The translations under genes were made by a program, and so were the position numbers. From an uncultured delta proteobacterium (GTDB lineage Bacteria > Desulfobacterota > Binatia > Binatales > Binataceae): a stretch of DNA of 64,000 bases. The stretch spans positions 800,001 to 864,000 of the forward strand of contig CAVXXK010000001.1 in the NCBI GenBank assembly GCA_963765675.1, written 5' to 3'. Positions 28,787 to 37,788 of this stretch are shown here, piece by piece. Within the stretch, counting starts at the first letter, position 1; every line of letters begins with the position of its first letter. Below the pieces are notes generated by a model. It had not been told where the DNA came from and made no database searches. It worked only from the letters and a program-made list of their open reading frames with translations.

Positions 28787-30950
28787 ATGGAAGCACTTAA
28801 AGACGCGCCGATACCGGAACTGAACATCGATCCGCCGCTACCTGCACCACCGCGACGCTCGCGTGCGCAGGCGCTGTTCGCGCCGGAGCTCGTGCGCCCG
28901 GCGATCAAGGAAGCATTCTTGATGCTTCGTCCCGAGGTTCAATGGCGCAACCCGGTGATGTTCGTGGTCGAAATTGGCGCCGTGCTCACGGCTCTGTTTA
29001 TCATCCAGGCGGCGCTGGGGGCCTCATCCAGCCAGGTATCAGTCAACTATTTCATTGCCCTCGATTTCTGGTTGTGGCTGACAGTACTATTCGCGAACTT
29101 TGCGACCGCGCTGGCGGAGGCCCGCGGCCGCGCGCAAACTGAATCGCTGCGCCGGGCCCGCACCGATACGCCGGCGTACCGTCTCAAGGGCGCGGACATC
29201 ATCGAAGAGATTCTGGCTTCCGACCTTCATCCGGGCGACCGGGTGGTCGTGAAGGCTGGCCAGGTAATTCCGGGTGACGGCGAAATCATCGAGGGGATCG
29301 CTTCGGTGGACGAGTCGGCAATCACCGGCGAATCCGCTCCAGTGATCCGCGAGTCGGGGGGTGATCGGTCAGGAGTGACAGGGGGCACTCGAGTGATCTC
29401 AGACAGTATAGTTGTGAGAATCACCGCGGCGGCCGGGGAATCATTTCTCGATCGAATGATCGCGCTGGTCGAGGGCGCGGTTCGTCAGCGCACGCCTAAT
29501 GAAATTGCGCTCAGCCTGGTGCTGACGGCGTTCACGCTCATCTTTCTGATCGTCGTCGTTCCGCTGTGGCCGATGGCGTTGAATGCGGAAATATACATGA
29601 TGAGCTATCTCGGCATCACCGAGCCGCTCAAGAGTCTCGGAACCGATGTTCCAACCCTTGTCGCACTTCTAGTCTGTCTGATTCCTACTACAATTGGCGC
29701 CTTGCTCGCGGCGATCGGCATCGCGGGCATGGATCGAGCCCTGCAGGCCAATATCCTCGCTAAGAGCGGCAAGGCGGTCGAGACGGCGGGCGATATCGAC
29801 ACCGTGTTACTCGACAAGACTGGCACGATCACGATGGGCAATAGGCATGCGACTGAGTTTGTTCCAGTTGGAAGGTATACTGCGCTCGAGCTCGGCCGGC
29901 TGGCTGCGATGGCTTCGATCGCGGATGAGACGCCCGAAGGCAAAACTATAGTCAAACTCTATTTCGAACGAGGCGGCGGAGCCGGCGATCTCAACGTTCC
30001 GAAAGGAGCAGAGTTCGTTCCGTTTTCCGCGCAAACGCGGATGAGTGGAGTCGACCTCCCGGGCGGCAGGACGATTCGCAAAGGCGCACCTGACGCTGTG
30101 CTTCGCTTTGTTGAACGTCAGTCGATGGCGGTGCCCGCAGATCTGCAGCCGACCGTGAACTCGATCGCATCACTGGGCGCGACGCCGCTGGTAGTTGCCG
30201 ACGGTGCGAGCATCGCGGGCGTTGTGGTGCTCTCAGACGTCCTCAAAGCCGGAATCAGCGAGCGCCTCGAGCGCCTGCGCAAGATGGGCGTGACGGAGCG
30301 TGATGATCACCGGAGACAACCCGCTTACCGCCGCGACGATCGCGAAACAGGCCGGGGTTGATGATTTCGTTGCCCAGTGCACGCCGGAGTCGAAGCTCGC
30401 CTACATCAGGAACGAACAGGCGGCGGGCAAGCTGGTTGCGATGGTCGGTGACGGCACCAACGACGCGCCCGCGCTCGCACAGGCCGATGTGGGCCTCGCA
30501 ATGAACTCGGGCACACAAGCCGCCAAGGAAGCAGGCAACATGGTGGACCTGGACAGCAATCCCACCAAGTTGCTCGAGGTCGTCGAGATTGGAAAGCAGC
30601 TACTCATGACGCGCGGCTCGTTGACCACGTTTTCGATTGCAAACGACGTTGCCAAATATTTCGCGATCGTGCCGGCGCTGTTCGCAGGGACGCTACCCTG
30701 GCTGAAGGCGATGGACGTGATGCATCTGCATTCGCCGATCTCGGCCATACTCTCGGCCGTGATCTTCAATGCGGTAATCATTCCATTACTCATTCCGATC
30801 GCTTTGCGTGGCGTTCAGTATCGCCCGCTGGGCGCCGATGCGTTGCTCAGGCGAAACCTGCTGGTCTGGGGGCTCGGCGGCGTTCTTCTGCCGTTCGTAG
30901 GAATAAAGCTGATCGACATGATCATGGTGGCCGGGCACTTGGTTGCCTGA
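28787..30950 (+). CDS. kdpB: Potassium-transporting ATPase subunit B, one frameshift at ~30293
   Basis: [49 protein letters not shown]; removing A30293 restores [12 protein letters not shown]. Confidence 0.93.
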
Positions 30951-30978
30951 CGAAGACAGAATCCAGAGGAGCATTTCT

Positions 30979-31995
30979 ATGGGACGCTATTTTTCGAAGA
31001 GTTTTCTTCTCTTTCTCTTCGTGATTCCGACTGTCTGTATCGCATACCCGCTGTTTCTGTGGGTGATTGGCCAGGTATTCTTCCCATTCCAGGCCAACGG
31101 CAGCATCCTGCGGGACGCCCATGGCAATGCAATTGGCTCACTACTGATCGCTCAACCGTTCACCAAGGACGAGTACTTCCAGCCGCGTCCATCGGCGGCG
31201 TCCTACGACGCTTCGGCCTCGGCTCCCTCGAATCTCTCGGCCTCCAACTATGCGCTGCGGGATCGGGTCGCGCGCTCGCTCGGGCCAATCGTCAAATACG
31301 CCGACGGACCAAAGAAGGGTCAGCTCGTCGCACCTGACGTTGAAGCGTGGTTCCAGCAGGACAAGTTCGGCGGACAGCCGCACATCGTTGCCCAGTGGGC
31401 CGACGCTCACAACGAGCTCGCGACGGGTTGGGTGAACGCGGATCCGTCGCATGGCGCGTATGTGGACGATTGGTCCAAAAAACATCCAGGCGTCGTCGCA
31501 CAGTTCAAGAAAGACAATCCTGGAACGCCGGATCCAAAAGCTCCGGATCTCGCGGTGGTGTTTTTCGAGACTTTTTCGAAGGAAAATCCGGGCAAGTTTC
31601 CGTCTTCTGTTTCGCATCAGGGTGCAGACGGCAAGACTACGACTGCGATCGAGCCGGTGGCTGATGGCTCGGACATACAATCGATCTTCTTCGATATGTG
31701 GCGCCAGGAGCACGCTGACGTCCAGCTCGAGGATGTTCCCGGAGATATGGTTACGGCGTCAGGCTCCGGCCTTGATCCTGATATCAGCATGCAAAACGCT
31801 GAGTATCAGATCGACCGTGTTGCGCAGAAGTGGGCTTCGGACACCAAGCGTGATCCCAAACAGGTGCATGACGAGATCGAGCAGATATTGCGGGCGAACG
31901 CGCAGGCGCCATTTGGCGGATTGGCCGGCGAACAGTTCGTGAACGTGCTTCAGGTAAACCTGGGCTTGAAAGAGCGTTACGGCGAACCCAAGTGA
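30979..31995 (+). CDS. kdpC: Potassium-transporting ATPase subunit C with a long insertion
   Basis: FPFQANGS, GSLLIAQPF, YFQPRPSA, DMVTASGSGLDPDIS, VNVLQVN. Confidence 0.9.
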   Translation: MGRYFSKSFLLFLFVIPTVCIAYPLFLWVIGQVFFPFQANGSILRDAHGNAIGSLLIAQPFTKDEYFQPRPSAASYDASASAPSNLSASNYALRDRVARSLGPIVKYADGPKKGQLVAPDVEAWFQQDKFGGQPHIVAQWADAHNELATGWVNADPSHGAYVDDWSKKHPGVVAQFKKDNPGTPDPKAPDLAVVFFETFSKENPGKFPSSVSHQGADGKTTTAIEPVADGSDIQSIFFDMWRQEHADVQLEDVPGDMVTASGSGLDPDISMQNAEYQIDRVAQKWASDTKRDPKQVHDEIEQILRANAQAPFGGLAGEQFVNVLQVNLGLKERYGEPK

Positions 31996-32065
31996 CTCGG
32001 CAGCCTTGTACACCTGCGGGTGTGCTTCAGGAGCCTCCGTTGTGCCTCGAACGAGGTCGTCACAG

Positions 32066-33130
32066 ATGGATGCATTGGTCTCCAATGACGAGAACCGCAG
32101 GACTGCCGCGATCATCGAAAGTCTAGAAGTAGGAGCAATCCTGCTCGACCGCAATGGAATTGTCGTCCATATAAACGAATTGGCCGCACTCATCCTGGGT
32201 ATTGAGCGGGAAGGAGTCATTGATCATCCTTTTGAAAGGCTCGAGGTTGATAGCCATCATTACCTCCGAGTTCGCGCCGCGCTGCAACGGATCAGCGACT
32301 ATCCAGCCGGTGAAAAACAGATCGAGGTGAGTCTTCATGTGCGCGGCCGCGAACACAACTATCTGCTGAAACTCGGAGAGTTGCGGCTCCCGGACGGTAC
32401 TCTGTTTGGAAACATAATTGCGTTTCACGACCTTACCTATATCCGCGACAAGGATCGCGCACGCTCGAACCTGGTGGCCTCTCTCTCGCATGAGCTCAAA
32501 ACTCCTCTGACTTCGCTCTCGCTTGCAGTTGAGCTTCTCCAGCGGACGGCCATCGATCCCAGACAGCGCGAAACCATCGAAACCATTGGCGAAGATTTGG
32601 CTCGAATCCGTGATTTGTCCGATAGCTTGCTCAATATTGCGCGTGACGAAAGCGCTTCAATTGCAGTCCTGACTGTAAACTTCGACTTCGCGAAAATGGT
32701 GACTTCCGTAGTCAAGAAATTCGCCTTGCAGGCTGCGCAAAGAAGCGTATTCCTTCGCGTACATGCAGGCGCTGAGCTCGAGACCTATGGCGATCCCGCC
32801 AAGTTGTCATGGGTTTTGTCTAATCTTATCGCTAACGCACTGCGCTACATTCCTGACGGCGGGACCATTGAAGTGTCCGCTGCGCGAGTGGGGCAATTGT
32901 TGCGGCTGTCGGTCTCGGACACCGGCCCAGGCATACCCTTGGAAATTCGCGATGTGATTTTTGAACGTCACACGCCGTGGCTTGCGGATAGCTTCGAGAG
33001 GGGACCCACTGGCCTCGGTCTGGAGATCACCAAGGAGATTGTCGAAGCGCACGGTGGGCGAATATTCCTCGAGGTCTCCGGGGAAGGGAGCACGTTTACG
33101 GTCGATCTTCCACAGTCGTGGCAGAAATAG
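32066..33130 (+). CDS. Cytoplasmic PAS-domain histidine kinase
   Basis: PAS-like N-terminus, SHELKTPLTS, NLIANALRY, DTGPGIP, TGLGL; no TM helices. Confidence 0.88.
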   Translation: MDALVSNDENRRTAAIIESLEVGAILLDRNGIVVHINELAALILGIEREGVIDHPFERLEVDSHHYLRVRAALQRISDYPAGEKQIEVSLHVRGREHNYLLKLGELRLPDGTLFGNIIAFHDLTYIRDKDRARSNLVASLSHELKTPLTSLSLAVELLQRTAIDPRQRETIETIGEDLARIRDLSDSLLNIARDESASIAVLTVNFDFAKMVTSVVKKFALQAAQRSVFLRVHAGAELETYGDPAKLSWVLSNLIANALRYIPDGGTIEVSAARVGQLLRLSVSDTGPGIPLEIRDVIFERHTPWLADSFERGPTGLGLEITKEIVEAHGGRIFLEVSGEGSTFTVDLPQSWQK

Positions 33131-34465
33131 ATGGCGAAACTTCTCGTCGTAGACGACGAAAAAAATATTCGACATGCCGTAGGAGAGTTCTTGCAATCCT
33201 GCGATCTCGAGACCTGTACGGCTGACAGTGGCCGTGAAGCTCTCGCCCTCATGGACCGCAGAGGCGCCTTCGACCTCGTCTTGACCGATTGGCGGATGGC
33301 CGAAATGAACGGCCTCGAACTGCTCAAGGCAATCAAGGAGAAATATCCAGACACTATAGTAATTCTGATGACGGCATACGGCACGGTCGGCAACGCCGTT
33401 GCCGCCATGAAGGCGGGGGCACACGACTATCTAACCAAACCCTTTACGCTCGATCAGATCCAACACACTATTGAACGCGCACTCGAGGTCAGAGAATTAC
33501 GCTCGCAGAATCGGGCACTTCGAAACTCAATGGAGGGTCTCCCGCTTCTCACCTCAAGCAGCCCGGTCTTTCGTTCGCTCATCGCAACGGCCCATGCGGC
33601 GGCTTCAAGCGATGCGACCATCTTGTTCACGGGAGAGAGCGGAACCGGAAAGAATGTTCTCGCGAGGCAGATACACGAATGGAGTTCGCGCCGCGAGCAT
33701 CCCTTCGTAATCGTCAACTGTACTACGCTTTCGGAGCATCTCCTGGAGAGTGAACTCTTCGGCCACGTAAAGGGCTCGTTCACCGGAGCGATCAAGGACA
33801 AACCCGGGCGCCTCGAAGCTGCAAATGGCGGTACGGTTTTTCTCGATGAAATCGCGGAATTGGCGCCCTCGCTGCAGATAAAGTTCTTACGTTTCTTACA
33901 GGAACAGCGATTTGAGCGGGTTGGCGGCGAGAAGACGATTGAGGTTGACGCACGCATCATCGCAGCGACCAACCGCAATCTTGAACAGGAGACCAGCTCG
34001 GGCCGTTTTCGCAACGATCTCTACTACCGATTGAACGTTATATCCGTGCGTGTTCCGGCATTGCGGGAGCGTCCGGAGGACATTTTGGTGCTGGCAGACA
34101 AACTGCTGACGGAAGCCGCAGCACGCAATCAGCGCTCCGGGTTACGCTTTTCGGAAGAGGCGCAGAAATCGCTCATCGCCTATGCATGGCCGGGTAATGT
34201 CCGCGAGCTGCGCAACGCGGTTGAACGCGCAGTCGCTTTGAGCCGCGGCACGGTCATACGCAAGGAGGATCTGCCTGACACCATTTTTCATGGCCACGGC
34301 ACAGGTGCCGGAGTACCCCCGGAAAACGCTAGCCTGGAACAAGTGGAGGAACAGCATATCAGGCGCGTGCTCTCGATTGCTCCGACCCTCGAGGACGCCG
34401 CCGCAACGCTAGGCATCGGGGTCGCCACCCTTTGGCGCAAGCGAAAGCGCTTTCAGATTGATTAA
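33131..34465 (+). CDS. Sigma54-dependent response regulator (NtrC/AtoC family)
   Basis: REC domain, GESGTGK, ESELFGHVKGSFTGA, FLDEI, WPGNVREL, C-terminal HTH. Confidence 0.95.
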   Translation: MAKLLVVDDEKNIRHAVGEFLQSCDLETCTADSGREALALMDRRGAFDLVLTDWRMAEMNGLELLKAIKEKYPDTIVILMTAYGTVGNAVAAMKAGAHDYLTKPFTLDQIQHTIERALEVRELRSQNRALRNSMEGLPLLTSSSPVFRSLIATAHAAASSDATILFTGESGTGKNVLARQIHEWSSRREHPFVIVNCTTLSEHLLESELFGHVKGSFTGAIKDKPGRLEAANGGTVFLDEIAELAPSLQIKFLRFLQEQRFERVGGEKTIEVDARIIAATNRNLEQETSSGRFRNDLYYRLNVISVRVPALRERPEDILVLADKLLTEAAARNQRSGLRFSEEAQKSLIAYAWPGNVRELRNAVERAVALSRGTVIRKEDLPDTIFHGHGTGAGVPPENASLEQVEEQHIRRVLSIAPTLEDAAATLGIGVATLWRKRKRFQID

Positions 34466-34535
34466 CTGCGCTTGGTCGATCGGCACCTGGACCCATCTGG
34501 TTAATTCCTGAACCTGCAACTTGCAAACTCCGACT

Positions 34536-34617
34536 TTTCAAAATGAAGTACTCGGACGAATTGTTCTGAAAGATTGGCTTGGTTCTGCCACAGGCAGTTC
34601 GCGGCATGCCACGTGCT
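34536..34617 (+). promoter_or_regulatory. Putative activator site plus sigma54 promoter
   Basis: TTTCA-AAA-TGAAG at 34536; CGGCAT-GCCAC-GTGCT at 34602. Confidence 0.5.
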
Positions 34618-34667
34618 GCTAGCAATCTGGATGGCTTCAATGCCATCGCGCAGAGGAGCGCGGGACC

Positions 34668-35069
34668 ATGGGTGTATACCAGCTTGCGGCAGTGATTCTT
34701 GATTCGGTCAAGCAAACGTCGCAATGGATGCAAGGAGCGGCGATAGTCGTCAGTCGATCCGCCCTTGCCACGAACATTCTGGGCGGCTCGTCGGTCAGCG
34801 CGGCGGCACGCGGGCCCTCTGCTCACGATCTTTTTCTGACTGCGGTGGCATTGACGATTGAGATCGCTCTGTTTATTTCTATCCCGATTTATTTGCGCGC
34901 ACGGCGGCGTGACAAGATCCGCTCACGAATACACATTGTTTATGACAGCCGACGCGATCGATTAGTGCGGCCAAAGACAAGTCTCCTCGACTCGCAGGCG
35001 GGATGGCAGCACCATTTTTACTCAATGAAACCGCCAATCTCTCTCCGGCGCAACGCTCCACGTTCTTGA
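34668..35069 (+). CDS. Hypothetical membrane protein
   Basis: RBS GAGGAG, one strong TM segment followed by a basic stretch (RARRR). Confidence 0.5.
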   Translation: MGVYQLAAVILDSVKQTSQWMQGAAIVVSRSALATNILGGSSVSAAARGPSAHDLFLTAVALTIEIALFISIPIYLRARRRDKIRSRIHIVYDSRRDRLVRPKTSLLDSQAGWQHHFYSMKPPISLRRNAPRS

Positions 35070-35478
35070 GATCCGGCAGCCACGAACGCCCGTAGTGAAC
35101 CAGGTGCGGATGGATATTGTCCGCCTTGGTTGAAAGCGGATCATGGTCGGCGACGCTCCGGAGCTCGCGGGGATGAAGCGCTTTTTCTTCCATGACCACT
35201 GGAAACAGCTCCCTTTCTGCCGGAAGACTAGACGTTCGGTAAGACTCAATCGCACGGGGCTCAGGCAGTGGCTGGAAACGGAAGGCGCTTGGATTCAGCG
35301 CTGGGGATTTCGCGCTCTGTCGCGATGGCACCGCTAGGGGCACAAGACCGACATCATGTTCCGCAGGTGCAACAACTCGCCAACGATAAAATCGAGGGCA
35401 GAACGGACACAATTCCGTAGCAGAGCGCCTGAGAGTGCAATGCCCAATCCAAAAAAAGTTTAGTTAAATCAAGGACTT

Positions 35479-35574
35479 GGAGGAGGAAGGGGCCCGGTGG
35501 TCCCACCGGTCTTCAAAACCGGCTTGGCGGCTAATATTGTTGCCGGAGGGTTCGACTCCCTCCCCCCTCCGCCA
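35479..35574 (+). tRNA. selC: tRNA-Sec (anticodon UCA)
   Basis: 8-nt acceptor strands, 6-bp D stem GGGGCC/GGTCCC, CCGGT-CTTCAAA-ACCGG, long variable arm, GAGGG-TTCGACT-CCCTC, GCCA end. Confidence 0.95.
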
Positions 35575-35653
35575 TCGGACGGGTTCCTGCGCTAGGTCCC
35601 ATTTCTTCCGTGACCGAAGACGAATCGCGGACGAAAACAACAGCGCGTGCGGA

Positions 35654-36165
35654 TTACGTGAAGCGGGGGTCGAAGGCTTCGGCAGTGCGGTACTCGAGGT
35701 CTGATTCGCGAGTAACCGGGAAAATCGGCGACGTCGAACAGCGGCTCAGCGCCGTTGAACGCCCAGATAAGGCCCCACTTTTCGGCGGTCGGAAATTTGA
35801 ACAGCTTCGCGGCCTTCGGAATTTTTTCCGATGCGGGAATTTTAGTGCATACCCCGGCGGCATCCGTACTGCCAATGATGAAACGCGCAGCGGATATCGT
35901 CGCCGATTACTTTGCCCAAGCTGAGATCGGCGCCTAGATGGCGGCAATACGCGGACATTACCGAGGCGCGCCCGCTCTCGCCGCGGTAAACGATCGCGCG
36001 GCCTTCCAGAAAATCGCGGCCGAGCACCTGGCCAGCCGCGACTTCGTCGCTCCGTGCGATTGCGTACCAGCTTTGATGGAATCCTCCAGAGGATTTGCGC
36101 GCCCGCGCGCCCGATTCGGCCGGCGGCGTGCGGCGCGACGCGGGACGAGTTGATCCTGAAGCCAT
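35654..36165 (-). pseudogene. Truncated, frameshifted Rieske oxygenase (Rieske domain only)
   Basis: FHQSWYAI, YCRHLGADL, RCAFHHWQY, continuing in another frame as GVCTKIP...FPTAEKWGLIWAFNG; no catalytic domain. Confidence 0.75.
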
Positions 36166-36198
36166 CGAAACCTCCTCAGATATTGCTCTGGTGCCGGG

Positions 36199-37039
36199 TT
36201 AGGCGAATGCGGGGAGGCGCACGGCGAAAATCTCGGCGTCGTCGGTGACCTCGAAGCGCTCGCCCGGGCTGAATGAATCCGTTCGCCACGCGCTGTGCGC
36301 ATCGAGAATCTCGCCGCTGGAAGTAGCTATTGAACCATGCAACAGAAACCTCAGTTCACCCGGCGTCGCGCCATCTCCGGTATGCGCCGCGCCGCGCGGC
36401 GCACGAATCATGGAAATCCCGATCCCGCGCTCGCCGAATACGCCGAGCCGTTTCACCTCGAAGCCTCCTGCGGCCGGCTGCCAGGTGAAATTATCAACGT
36501 TCATTATTTACCGGCTCTTCGAAACGCGGCGGCGGGTATTCGACCGGGCGTCCATTCACGTACTCCCAAATGGCCTCGTAGCCGTCGGCTCGCGCCGCAC
36601 GGCCGTCGCTGCTGGTACGCGTGAACACGCCTGCGTCAAACTGGCCGAGGTCGCACATTTTCTCGTAGCCGGAATTGAGCTGCTGATAGCTCATGAAGCC
36701 GTAACCGGACGCGCCGCCGATCTGCAGCACCAGCACGATCGATCCGGTCGTGTCCTTTTGCGGGCCGTAATAGGTTCCTTCGGGAAAATACCCGACCATC
36801 TGCGGCAGTAGATTTTTTCCCGGCGCAAAGTTCATCGAGCCTTCCAGGCACAGGCGAACCTGATCGAAGTTATGGCGATGCCGCGGCGTGTAGTAGTCGC
36901 CGACAGTACGCACGAGGCTCAATTCAAAATTATCCGACTCGCCCGCCGTCCCTTGGAGCAGACGCTTGAAATCGATTGCTCCCGAGCGATGACCAGAAAC
37001 CGGACCGTAGGTGAGCTGTTGGCCGTGCGCAATCAGCAT
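36199..37039 (-). CDS. Cupin-like hypothetical protein, frameshifted at ~36507
   Basis: YYTPRHRHNFDQVR, YFPEGTYYGPQ; removing one A joins EEPV-I-MNVDNF. Confidence 0.7.
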
Positions 37040-37182
37040 AGCGGCGGATTATCGCGACCGGCCACGACATGTCAAATGGCCAAACATTCATTCGCTCTGC
37101 CGTGGCGCGATCTCGATACGCCGACGCGGATCAGGCTTTTCCGTCGCGATAGCTGCTGGTTGTTAGTGCGCGGAACCGCGCG

Positions 37183-37749
37183 CTACTTAACGCCGACAAT
37201 CTCGGCGGTCGAGCAATGGTAGACCATCGTCGGTGCGCCGAAGCACCAGATGAGATCGCTATCCTTCTGCGTGCGATACAGCGGCAGCTCGCCTTCGGTG
37301 TTGGTGCAGAGGCATCGGCCGCACGGCGTCTTTCCGCAGCAGTCTCGATAGCTGACGATATAGTCCTTGCCGTCGCCCGGATGCTTGCACGTCCCGACCC
37401 ACGAGGTTGGCGAAGGCGACGCGCCTGGCGGGCAATCGTGCGAGCCGCCACCGCAGCACGAGCACAGGTAGCCGTCGATCGCGCAGTATTTCCAGTAGTC
37501 GCAGGCCGAGTCGTCGTTCGGATTACCGTGCTTCGCCATCGCTTCCATTCCGGCAGGTGCCGGAGCGCCGGGCGGCAGGGTGGGAAGAATTTGCGCGCGC
37601 GCCGACGCCGTCACGCGATCGACGGGAAGCAGCGGAATGATCATCCCACCGACCGCCAGCTTGCCCAGGCGCGCAAGAAAACTGCGGCGCGAGGTTCGCT
37701 GCGCAATCGCGCGGGTGAGATGCTCGAAGAGTTGGTCGATTTTATCCAC
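37183..37749 (-). CDS. mauA: Methylamine/aralkylamine dehydrogenase light (TTQ) chain
   Basis: Tat signal SRRSFL, CDYWKYCAIDG and LIWCFG (two TTQ Trp), many conserved Cys. Confidence 0.93.
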   Translation of the reverse strand: MDKIDQLFEHLTRAIAQRTSRRSFLARLGKLAVGGMIIPLLPVDRVTASARAQILPTLPPGAPAPAGMEAMAKHGNPNDDSACDYWKYCAIDGYLCSCCGGGSHDCPPGASPSPTSWVGTCKHPGDGKDYIVSYRDCCGKTPCGRCLCTNTEGELPLYRTQKDSDLIWCFGAPTMVYHCSTAEIVGVK

Positions 37750-37788
37750 TGCGGTCTTCGCCTATCTTCGTATAGATTCGCTCGCGCC

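Noticed and set aside
30280-30361. Programmed frameshift or genuinely split kdpB
   Set aside because: No slippery sequence; deleting one base restores the conserved sequence, and similar indels occur throughout the window
34879-35412. 177-aa minus-strand ORF upstream of selC
   Set aside because: No recognisable motifs or RBS and overlaps the 34668 ORF
23075-35574. Integrase-driven genomic island at selC
   Set aside because: No integrase or transposase and no duplicated tRNA 3' end seen; the Kdp region lies on the 5' side of the tRNA
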